From a virus: DNA of 64,000 nt. Below the pieces are notes generated by a model. That model worked only from the letters and a program-made list of their open reading frames with translations, was not told the origin of the DNA and made no database searches. Positions 39,451 to 47,402 of this stretch are shown piece after piece. A program made the position numbers and the translations under genes. Within the stretch, counting starts at the first letter, position 1. Each line of letters starts with the position of its first letter. The DNA lies in IMG/VR virus record IMGVR_UViG_3300023245_000006, positions 32,704 to 96,703 of that record. The stretch is one strand, 5' to 3'.

Positions 39451-39524
39451 TGGTGGAGCATATGATAATCGAAATCATAGACAAGAATTTTGCAAGAATT
39501 CTCCGCTGACCACAGCTATGCCCC
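39451..39524 (-). tRNA. tRNA-Ala(UGC)
   Basis: G3:U70 pair, CCA. Confidence 0.9.
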
Positions 39525-39560
39525 ATAAAATTTTTCCATGCTCTAATTCGAGCGGAATAA

Positions 39561-39638
39561 TGGCCGCTAAGATCTGATTCGAACAGATTCCCTCATTTTT
39601 TCAGAATGTCGTGCGAGTTCCAACTACACCACTTAGCG
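39561..39638 (-). tRNA. tRNA-Phe(GAA)
   Basis: loop CU GAA AA, CCA. Confidence 0.75.
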
Positions 39639-39728
39639 TTTTTAAATTATCGACTGAACCAGTTTTCTTTGAATCGCCACCACCTTCCGGCAAATCCCTT
39701 AGATGGGGAGGACTCTATCAGTCAAAAT

Positions 39729-39808
39729 TGGTATCCCGCGAGGATTAGCAGCCCTCATTATTTTTCCTTGGAAGGGAAACGCCATTAAGCTATTTAGGCG
39801 AGCGAGAC
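39729..39808 (-). tRNA. tRNA-Gly(UCC), atypical
   Basis: UUUCC-CU UCC AA-GGAAA, CCA. Confidence 0.7.
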
Positions 39809-40025
39809 ATATAAATGGTTAAGAGACAACTCTGTGATCAAATTTCTCAAAAGACTCCCCGAATTACGCATACATTTAGAGGCGCGGGGAGTATGATAAA
39901 TTGAACTGTTTAAGGTTTATCCTCTTTCGCAAACAGGGTTGCGTCATTTGATTATCACAAATAATAACGATTCGGTGAGGTAGACATTTATGAAGTCCGT
40001 CTTGTTTCCAATTCCCATCCAGACT

Positions 40026-40110
40026 TGGTGCGAACGGAGGGACTTGAACCCACACTCCTTGCGGAACCAGATCCTAAATCTGGCGCGTCTGCCGATTTCG
40101 CCACGCTCGC
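40026..40110 (-). tRNA. tRNA-Leu(UAG)
   Basis: canonical cloverleaf, CCA. Confidence 0.93.
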
Positions 40111-40328
40111 ATAAATACAACATTTCAAAGCAAGTTGCCAGCTTTCACCATAGCTTCCACCATAGAGTTTGCAATCTATTTAGCGTTTTATCGCAACTGC
40201 ATAACTCAGAAAAGGTGCGGGGTTGTTGCACTTAGTCAACTATCATATACCGCGCAGAAAGTTTACGAAACAAAAAGGATTTCACGAACGTTCTTTACAG
40301 GTGGAATCGAACTAATCCCAAAGTCATA

Positions 40329-40408
40329 TGGTCGGAAATCGGGCCATCGAATCCCGCTGAATATCGTGATCCCAAATCACGCGACCACGCCAAGCAGTCC
40401 CATTTCCG
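40329..40408 (-). tRNA. tRNA-Pro(UGG)
   Basis: cloverleaf, CCA. Confidence 0.88.
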
Positions 40409-40418
40409 TTAAAATGTA

Positions 40419-40493
40419 TGGTAGGAGATACGGCGTCTGAATCCGTTATCTGGACTTATGAAATCCGAAGTTTACCGCATAACTTAATCTCCC
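40419..40493 (-). tRNA. tRNA(CAU), Met or Ile2
   Basis: loop UU CAU AA, CCA. Confidence 0.75.
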
Positions 40494-40580
40494 ATTTTTA
40501 AATTGGCACTAGTCTTTCCTAGATGTCAACAGAATCGTTTTGTAGCTATTCTGAAATTAAAATTTAAATAGTAGCAAAAA

Positions 40581-40682
40581 TGGTAGCGGGGGCGGCGTTC
40601 GAATCCGATGAAAGGGCTTATTCAGTAATCACATCATGATTACTGAATGAGACCCCCGAGTTACCACCTTCTCTACCCTGCG
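40581..40682 (-). tRNA. initiator-like tRNA-Met(CAU) with a 27-nt hairpin insert in the anticodon loop
   Basis: C1:U72 mismatch, G-rich anticodon stem, insert at 40620-40646. Confidence 0.8.
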
Positions 40683-40689
40683 ATTAAAA

Positions 40690-40875
40690 TGTTTCAAATA
40701 TTTTCTATAAAATTTGTTAAATTCTGGATTATCAGACACATTTAAGATCAACGCTTTGTAGCCTCTTTTCTCGCAAAAATATCGCAAGGCGGTGTTTTTT
40801 TCTTCGAAAAACCTCGTGTAGTTATTTAACGTTTCACCATGCTTCCATATCATTTTTACTTCTACGACTACTCAA
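40690..40875 (-). pseudogene. endonuclease C-terminal remnant
   Basis: VVEVK...K..ALRYFCEKRGY without an N-terminus. Confidence 0.45.
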
Positions 40876-40879
40876 CAAA

Positions 40880-40956
40880 TGGTAGCGAGTCCTAGGAATC
40901 GAACCTAGCTCTCAAGCTTATGAAACTTGAATGGTCAACCAGACCACCTGACCGCA
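40880..40956 (-). tRNA. tRNA-Met(CAU)
   Basis: CAAGU-UU CAU AA-GCUUG, 1:72 mismatch, CCA. Confidence 0.78.
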
Positions 40957-41165
40957 ATAAATTGGTGCATCCAGTGGGATTCGAACCTTCTGTGTTTATT
41001 GTCGTAACACTTCCTCATGAGGTCGTGAAACTATATTAGACTTTTTAATTGTGCGTTCCTTGGGGTCTTTCACAGATCATGATCTGATCGAACCTTGCAG
41101 CACCGTCTCGTTAAAAATGTTTTGGTGGGCGAAGAGTTGTGTTCGCCTACGCACCAAAAAATGTT

Positions 41166-41243
41166 TGGTCCTCCGTGCTGGCGTCGATCCAGCTACCTCG
41201 CTCTTATAAAGAGCTTGCTCTGCCAATCGTGAGCTAACGGAGG
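41166..41243 (-). tRNA. tRNA-Ile(UAU)
   Basis: GCUC-UU UAU AA-GAGC, CCA. Confidence 0.85.
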
Positions 41244-41256
41244 TTAGAAAATTATG

Positions 41257-41327
41257 TCTCTATAGCTGGAATCGAACCAACGAAGAGCCTTTATCAAAGG
41301 CTTATTATACCATTTAATTATACAGAG
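41257..41327 (-). tRNA. tRNA-Ile(GAU)
   Basis: AGCCU-UU GAU AA-AGGCU. Confidence 0.82.
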
Positions 41328-41433
41328 GTTGAAAATACATCCGATCAGTTTCGCGAGACTCTACATGGTAGTAATCATTGGTCGCATGAACCTTCAAACG
41401 TGCAGGCTTTATCGTTTAGATAAATTATTCAAA

Positions 41434-41512
41434 TGGTGCGTCGGGGGAATTTCGAAATCCCATGCGTCCTTTACCGTTTCAATCGGTTCGAAGCCGAAGC
41501 GGATACCAACGC
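41434..41512 (-). tRNA. non-canonical D-arm-less tRNA-like RNA, anticodon UCG (Arg)
   Basis: 7-bp acceptor plus ACCA, T arm, UCGG-CUUCGAA-CCGA. Confidence 0.6.
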
Positions 41513-41516
41513 GAAA

Positions 41517-41601
41517 TGGTGGGTGATCAGGAAATCGAATCCTGCGATCATTACGAGCGGGGTTTACAATCCCGACTGCCTCCTTAACAGTTTAATCACC
41601 C
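41517..41601 (-). tRNA. tRNA-Tyr(GUA)
   Basis: cloverleaf, V arm, CCA. Confidence 0.88.
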
Positions 41602-41615
41602 AAAAATCTAAAATG

Positions 41616-41686
41616 CTCCCCGTCGTGGAATCGAACCACGCCTGTCTGGGCCAAAACCAGATGTGCAACCGATACACCTACAGGGA
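41616..41686 (-). tRNA. tRNA-Gln(UUG)
   Basis: UCUGG-UU UUG GC-CCAGA. Confidence 0.85.
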
Positions 41687-41709
41687 ATAATACTAAAATT
41701 TTCTAAGCG

Positions 41710-41950
41710 ATAGAGTTAGATATCTACATCCAAAAATTAGACTTGGCTTTTGAGATCAATGGTATATTTCATTACTCTCCCATCTACGGGGAATCTAAAT
41801 TGTTAAATATTCAAAGAAATGATACGCGAAAATCAAAAAATGTTTCGAGGATGGTATAGAATTGTGTGTTATAAACACTACCGAACAGATGAAATTCACT
41901 GAATTGTCGTCATTAAAATATTTCCAAATTATCCAAGATAAGATTAATGA
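41710..41950 (+). pseudogene. frameshifted homing-endonuclease remnant
   Basis: IELDIYIQKLDLAFEINGIFHY..ND.RK, then frameshift to KCFEDGIELCVI; no start codon. Confidence 0.7.
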
Positions 41951-41954
41951 AAAA

Positions 41955-42031
41955 TGGTGTGGTATATGATATTCGAAATCATCCTGTCTCTTTCACAAAG
42001 AGAAGTGCGAAACCACTACACTAATACCACC
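41955..42031 (-). tRNA. tRNA-His(GUG)
   Basis: UCUCU-UU GUG AA-AGAGA, G-1, CCA. Confidence 0.88.
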
Positions 42032-42114
42032 ATAAAAACATTCAACCCGTATGCACACATACGGATAGTTTCTAGAAACTAATAACTACACATTGTTAAG
42101 GCAAAGTATCGAAA

Positions 42115-42201
42115 TGGCATGGCTGACGGGAATCGAACCCGCTTCCCATAAGGGACACTGCTTGAAAGGCAGGTCAGACTCTCCGACTTCTGCGCAACCA
42201 C
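42115..42201 (-). tRNA. tRNA-Glu(UUC) with long variable arm
   Basis: CUGC-CU UUC AA-GCAG; UCCC-UUAU-GGGA V arm; CCA. Confidence 0.82.
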
Positions 42202-42218
42202 ATATAAAGTTTTTGAAA

Positions 42219-42314
42219 TGGCATGGATATAAGAAATCGAATCTTATCGTAGTCATTTCTTCCGATTTGACACAAAGGATTTGGAGTCCTTCCGGCTACC
42301 TTAGCCTTATCCAT
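42219..42314 (-). tRNA. tRNA-Trp(CCA) with long variable region
   Basis: AAGGA-CU CCA AA-UCCUU; CCA end. Confidence 0.82.
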
Positions 42315-42340
42315 ATATAAATGTAAACGATCATTATCAA

Positions 42341-42419
42341 TGGTGGCGCAGACAGGAGTCGAACCTGTTATCCCAAAGCTTATGAGACTTGGATTATTAT
42401 TCCGTTTCACTCCCGCGAC
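42341..42419 (-). tRNA. tRNA(CAU), Met or Ile2
   Basis: loop CU CAU AA, CCA. Confidence 0.8.
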
Positions 42420-42462
42420 AAATTGTATGGAGCCAAGACGGGGAATCGGGGTAAGTATTAGT

Positions 42463-43170
42463 ATGAAGATGCTCGTACCAAATATTTCAGATGTTGTTCG
42501 CGGCTCAAAAGTTCCATGCGAATGCTTAAATTGTAAGAAACCTTTTTTCGTTAGTATATCACTAGCACGAAGGGGATTGAAAGGGACAAAAAGGGTCGAT
42601 TTTTGTTCCGTAGAGTGTTCACGACGAGCGAAGACTCTCACCAAGTCTATTATTTGTAAAAATTGCGGAGAAAGTCGGATTATCCAAAATAGCCAAATTG
42701 GTGATAATAATTTCTGTTCAAGGTCTTGTTCGGCAACTTTCAACAACCATTTAAGAAAAATTACTAACACTAAAACAAAAAATTGTGAGAATTGCAAAGA
42801 CTCATTTTCTTTCATCGAGAGGGAAAATCCAAGAAAATTTTGTTCGCAGATTTGCACAAGAAAATATAAACAACAAGAGTTGATTAGTAATTGGAAAGAT
42901 GGGTCCATCAATGGGTGGACGGGAAAGACTATCCGAATTAAAGTATTCGTAAGAAGATATCTTTTTGATAAATATGAAAACAAATGTTGTAAATGTGGTT
43001 GGAGTCAAATTAACCCAACTAGCAAATCTATTCCTTTGGAGGTCAACCATATTGACGGTGATGCTTTGAATTGTTCTGAGGATAACCTTGAACTAATTTG
43101 TCCAAATTGTCATAGTTTGACTCCAAACTTTAGGAGACTTAACAAGAGTGGCAAACGCAATCGATCATGA
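42463..43170 (+). CDS. Zn-finger HNH homing endonuclease
   Basis: FCS..C repeats; LEVNHIDG..N...NL.LICPNCHS; TAAGTA upstream. Confidence 0.9.
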   Translation: MKMLVPNISDVVRGSKVPCECLNCKKPFFVSISLARRGLKGTKRVDFCSVECSRRAKTLTKSIICKNCGESRIIQNSQIGDNNFCSRSCSATFNNHLRKITNTKTKNCENCKDSFSFIERENPRKFCSQICTRKYKQQELISNWKDGSINGWTGKTIRIKVFVRRYLFDKYENKCCKCGWSQINPTSKSIPLEVNHIDGDALNCSEDNLELICPNCHSLTPNFRRLNKSGKRNRS

Positions 43171-43243
43171 GCTTCCTGTCGGTGTCGAACCGACTTCCCC
43201 TCATTACAAGTGAGGAATTCTAGCCAGCGTGAACTAAGGAAGC
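43170..43243 (-). tRNA. tRNA-Thr(UGU)
   Basis: CCUCA-CU UGU AA-UGAGG. Confidence 0.9.
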
Positions 43244-43250
43244 GTAAAAA

Positions 43251-43518
43251 GTCGGCTTCTGGTTTACCAGATTACGCGAGCCGTTCGCAAGTTTCAAATT
43301 TACAAGTCCTAGCAACATTTTGATCGCGATTTTTGTTGTTGCTTCAACGGATTGTCAGACCTATTTCTGACCTATCAGATTCTCCGTCAGAGTCGATGTT
43401 TATTCCAGCCACCTACATACTAATCGACGAACTCTGTAGGTAAAAAAACAGGTGCAATCGGCCACTATGCGACCACGGCAAAAATGTCGGCTTCTGGTTT
43501 ACCAGATCATCGGGCCGA
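43251..43518 (-). repeat. two copies of a 22-nt hairpin element (43251-43272 and 43486-43507)
   Basis: GTCGGCTTCTGGTTTACCAGAT exact direct repeat. Confidence 0.8.
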
Positions 43519-43534
43519 AACGATATTTAACATT

Positions 43535-43607
43535 TGGTATCCCTAGAAGGAGTCGAACCTTCCCTAGTTGCTTAGAAGGCATCTGTCCAGAATCCGCTGG
43601 CAGGGAT
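43535..43607 (-). tRNA. tRNA-Arg(UCU)
   Basis: loop CU UCU AA, CCA. Confidence 0.82.
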
Positions 43608-43614
43608 ATTTTAA

Positions 43615-44199
43615 TTATAGAATTTTTCTACTCCATCCACCATGACCTAAGAAAGAATTTTGTGGTTTATTGATCTTAAACCCCAACTTCTTTGATTTAA
43701 ACTTCTTACGGGCTGTTTTGATTAGGTCTCTTATGTCCAAGTAAGTTCTAAATGTTACCATAACCCCACGAAGAGATTCGAAGGAATGCACATTCTTCTT
43801 AAAGAGACTCGACATCTTTTTCTTCGAATTTATCGGTAAACCATTCATTTTTGAGATGAATAAATCATCTATCTCGAATTTAGTCTTCATCATTGAAATA
43901 AGTGAACGTATCTTTTTCACGCTACGGCACTTAGTTAAGAGATGCCAGCTATGAATCTTATTATGACAAGGGCGACAGATTCCGATTAAATCGGTCTCCA
44001 AATTCTCGAACGGAATACGGTCATATGTTATGTGGTGAACATCATGTGAAACGGTCACATCACAAATTCGACATACTTCATCCCTTTCCAATACAATAAG
44101 CCTCTTCTTCTTCCAATCGGGAGATACTAGATATTCGTTTCTATACTCATCCCTAGTATAGTGAATTGGATATGGATTTTTCATAAAATGTGCAGACAT
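43615..44199 (-). CDS. HNH endonuclease
   Basis: YL.SPDW, CRIC, DVHHITY and C..CH..IH. Confidence 0.85.
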   Translation of the reverse strand: MSAHFMKNPYPIHYTRDEYRNEYLVSPDWKKKRLIVLERDEVCRICDVTVSHDVHHITYDRIPFENLETDLIGICRPCHNKIHSWHLLTKCRSVKKIRSLISMMKTKFEIDDLFISKMNGLPINSKKKMSSLFKKNVHSFESLRGVMVTFRTYLDIRDLIKTARKKFKSKKLGFKINKPQNSFLGHGGWSRKIL

Positions 44200-44254
44200 T
44201 TACATAGTCTGCTAATATAATAACCATCTTAATGTTCATCAGTTTTTCAAGACA

Positions 44255-44492
44255 TTTAGAACGATGGTTATTCTATAGTAGAAGTTGATGCTTCTACCCA
44301 TAGATTATTACCACACAAGATCTTTTAGATCTCCTGTCAATTGGGGGCTATTCCTATTGGAACGAATCGGAAACCATTTTTCAATATGCTTTCGAGGCAC
44401 AAGGTCCGATTTTCTTTATTATTGTTTTTTCGCCGTTCTTACCGCCACTAGAAGTGAACTAGGCTAACTAAGTCTTCTCAAAATGTTCTAAA
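44255..44492 (-). ncRNA. structured RNA at the head of the tRNA array
   Basis: UUUAGAAC/GUUCUAAA closing stem with several internal hairpins. Confidence 0.45.
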
Positions 44493-44600
44493 AATTGTTT
44501 TTGTTGTTTTTCTTTCAACCCCTTTACTGTCTCATATTTTTAAGAGATTGTCAAATTTTTTTTACTTTTTCTTTTTGTTTTCAGTTTTTGGTTCCTAAAA

Positions 44601-44660
44601 CAAAAAAGGGAACCTTTTGGGTTCCCCGATTATTCGTCTACTATTAGATTATAATCAGGG
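44601..44660 (-). terminator. intrinsic terminator with overlapping antiterminator (attenuator)
   Basis: GGGAACC-CAAAA-GGUUCCC-UUUUUU; competing stem CCCUGAUUAU/AUAAUCGGGG. Confidence 0.8.
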
Positions 44661-44663
44661 ATG

Positions 44664-44753
44664 TTACATAAAGAGCCATTCAGCGACACAATAACCTAAA
44701 CGACCTATAATCGGTTGCGGTTTATGCATTGTTGTGTTTGATCTTAACTTCAT
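44664..44753 (-). CDS. putative attenuator leader peptide MKLRSNTTMHKPQPIIGRLGYCVAEWLFM
   Basis: 29 codons; AAGGA SD-like site 8 nt upstream; stop 3 nt before the antiterminator arm. Confidence 0.7.
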   Translation of the reverse strand: MKLRSNTTMHKPQPIIGRLGYCVAEWLFM

Positions 44754-44798
44754 CTTATATGTCCTTCTCTATTTACTTATACTTGAGTGTATCATTTT

Positions 44799-45122
44799 TC
44801 AACTCTTTTTAATCAACATCTGAACAATATCTGGATGATCTACCAAAAATTGAGCCACTTCATCTTTAGCTGCTTCAACATAATGAATATGACTTTTCAA
44901 AATATCCGGTCGGTTTTGATACATCGTTTGAAATTTCATTGCCGTGGTCATTGCCGACACAACAGCAATTACCGAAATAAACTCTTGAAGATTATTAGAA
45001 ACAATATCAAAAATGTTAGACCCCTGTTCCAATCCGGTTTTAAGGATCTTACCAACATTAGAAACGAGTCCCTCGTTAAAAACGGAGGACTCGTAAATTG
45101 TTCCTAGATCATCTGTGTTCAT
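44799..45122 (-). CDS. hypothetical late protein
   Basis: TAAGTA upstream; DDL..IYES..NE N-terminus. Confidence 0.65.
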   Translation of the reverse strand: MNTDDLGTIYESSVFNEGLVSNVGKILKTGLEQGSNIFDIVSNNLQEFISVIAVVSAMTTAMKFQTMYQNRPDILKSHIHYVEAAKDEVAQFLVDHPDIVQMLIKKS

Positions 45123-45208
45123 TAACGATTACTTATCATTGTGTCGTATCGTCGTCAATAATTTCTTTATCATCATCCTAGATTACCTTATTCTAGGATG
45201 GTTTGGTT

Positions 45209-45640
45209 TTAGTGATTATCGTTATTAATAATTAGTTCGCTAGTAGGTGAAAACAAAAATCTTTCTAGATCGGATTTGCTCTGAAATGCTTCGAGAGCGG
45301 TTCCCACCGATTGGTGGTCGATGTAGGTATAGTTTTTATTAGATTCGCAACCAACGGTGAAGTCGAATACTACATCACCACAATGATATGCATCTTTAAG
45401 AATCTCGACTAACCAATTTTTAAGATTTTCGTTTCCGGTTTCCATTGCATCAACAGCAACGTAACAAATTTTGCTATAAATATCGGTAAAACTTTTATAT
45501 CCCCAACCATATTCACCACTTTCGATTACAAAAGGTTCTCCATTATAATCTATCTTTGGCATTTCGATATTCGTCCCAATTGTGAGAGAATGGCTCGATG
45601 AACTATTTGTTTCGAATGTGCTGGTTCTAATTGTTTTCAT
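45209..45640 (-). CDS. conserved phage protein
   Basis: IRTSTFETNSSSSHS and YIDHQS motifs. Confidence 0.75.
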   Translation of the reverse strand: MKTIRTSTFETNSSSSHSLTIGTNIEMPKIDYNGEPFVIESGEYGWGYKSFTDIYSKICYVAVDAMETGNENLKNWLVEILKDAYHCGDVVFDFTVGCESNKNYTYIDHQSVGTALEAFQSKSDLERFLFSPTSELIINNDNH

Positions 45641-46038
45641 TTTGATAAATTATCAGATTTTATAGGTTATGTCAACTTATTTTATTGGTGTTGATATTTG
45701 TGTGGAAGTGTGAACATGTTTGAAGTTTTTCAGATCTTTTGATAAATGTCAATTTATTTTTTATATCGTTTGAACAAATGATTAAAAAAATTATCACCCG
45801 AAAGATCATCATAATCCTTTTTAGATGATTGGGGTGATGGGTCTTCAATTGCAGATTCAACACCAGCTTTATAGGCATAGTCGAATGTTCGTTAGAAGAA
45901 CTGTCTCAAACCCTTTTGGGTAAAGGTAATTTGGGCATCTGGTTGAATGAACTTCGGGTTTTTCTCCAGATAAATTACCCATAAGGTTTCGCGGTTTTTC
46001 ATGTTTGAATTATTCATAATTTTAAAAATATGTCAAGG

Positions 46039-46239
46039 TTATTGATAATATTTTTCATCTAATATCATAGATTTCTTAGAAGCATAATCTCCCAGACCGT
46101 TAAAATATCCAGAAAGTCTTTCGTTTTCTGCTGGATGGATATTCCCATAAATTTCACCATCTCGATACATTGATTCAATTTCGGAATATGGTATCAATGC
46201 ATATCCAAAAAAGTTTAATAATTTATTTATAGTTTTCAT
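46039..46239 (-). CDS. hypothetical protein
   Basis: ORF. Confidence 0.5.
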   Translation of the reverse strand: MKTINKLLNFFGYALIPYSEIESMYRDGEIYGNIHPAENERLSGYFNGLGDYASKKSMILDEKYYQ

Positions 46240-46240
46240 T

Positions 46241-46513
46241 TTAAAATTCCATTCCAACATTAACCGTTCCGTTCATTTTCATCATACGTTGATAGATATC
46301 ATAACCTGTTTCGACCGATCCTCCCACAAACACCGAATTTTTTTTAGATTTAAATTCATATATTTGTAGGCGATATTCGGTTCCCATCCTAGTATAAAGA
46401 GTCTTCGATGATTTCTGTTGGTAATCAGTATCACCATAAAATCGAGATGTCGATTTAGGAGTCGAACATCCCATAACGATAAATGCACATAAAATCGAGA
46501 TAATAAATTTCAT
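46241..46513 (-). CDS. putative lipoprotein
   Basis: MKFII..VMG-C lipobox. Confidence 0.6.
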   Translation of the reverse strand: MKFIISILCAFIVMGCSTPKSTSRFYGDTDYQQKSSKTLYTRMGTEYRLQIYEFKSKKNSVFVGGSVETGYDIYQRMMKMNGTVNVGMEF

Positions 46514-46523
46514 TTATTAATAA

Positions 46524-47207
46524 TCAATGATGATCTATTTTTTTATCCATTTTTTTGTCCATTATTACTTTGATATCATCAAATGACACAGGACCGCCAA
46601 AATTTTCGATACCTACATCTAACCGAGAAGAGTTGAGATATTCTGGTTGACTTTCGACATCGACACCGTGGCTGTGTCCACTGAGATGCCACACAGAACC
46701 TTTGTGAGAATCTATCCATATGCGATGAGCAAAATGCGAACAAAATATATATTGGGAGTTTTTTTCGGTTTTAATTTTAGCCAGAAGATTATTACCATAA
46801 AACGTTATCTTGTCTTGATAGGTAATGGGATACATTTCGGTAGTAAGATCACATTCACCAATTTTTTCTTTCAGGGAGATTCGATATATTTCTTTGACAT
46901 AACTATTATGATTTCCCCATAAAAAATGGATGTGTCCGTTCAGAGAAAATAGAATTTCCTGTCCTCTTTTAAAGGCATCATTTCCGGCCCCAACCAAAAA
47001 ATCCCCCAAATGTATCACGTTATCTTGTGGTGATACGATATCATTCCATCGATTTTTTATCGCAATATCGTGCTCAGATATGTTGGAGAATCCTCGTTTT
47101 CCTAAAATAAAATCTCGATCATGGCAAAAATGGGTGTCAGACACAAAGAATGTTTTTACGTCTTTGTTGTGGTTAAATGTAAATTTATTAAACATATCAC
47201 CGATCAT
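46524..47207 (-). CDS. calcineurin-like metallophosphoesterase
   Basis: SDTHF.H, HLGD, GNH and GHSH. Confidence 0.9.
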   Translation of the reverse strand: MIGDMFNKFTFNHNKDVKTFFVSDTHFCHDRDFILGKRGFSNISEHDIAIKNRWNDIVSPQDNVIHLGDFLVGAGNDAFKRGQEILFSLNGHIHFLWGNHNSYVKEIYRISLKEKIGECDLTTEMYPITYQDKITFYGNNLLAKIKTEKNSQYIFCSHFAHRIWIDSHKGSVWHLSGHSHGVDVESQPEYLNSSRLDVGIENFGGPVSFDDIKVIMDKKMDKKIDHH

Positions 47208-47402
47208 ATTTCGTTTTTATTGATTTGTCAACCTTCTTTTTACTTGGCCATGAAATTTCATCATGATTCTTACCATATTTGGTTTGGTTGACTTTTCTAG
47301 GATAATCACCCTTTCCAGCGGAATGTTTTCTATTATCAGACATATTCTATAATTTATCATATTTTTCTTGATATTCAACAAAAATCATATTAAATATAAT
47401 AT

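Noticed and set aside
42115-42201. tRNA-Sec or opal suppressor
   Set aside because: The 7-nt loop CUUUCAA centres on UUC, and the acceptor stem is 7 bp.
38470-42983. ORFs 38470-38988, 39990-40235, 40135-40440, 41433-41690, 42174-42983 and the 42340 start of the HNH gene
   Set aside because: They overlap tRNA genes or are antisense shadows; the HNH start is better placed at 42463 after TAAGTA.
33330-44500. tmRNA or RNase P RNA
   Set aside because: No tmRNA-type ends with a tag frame and no RNase P P4 consensus were recognised by eye; an Infernal scan would be decisive.
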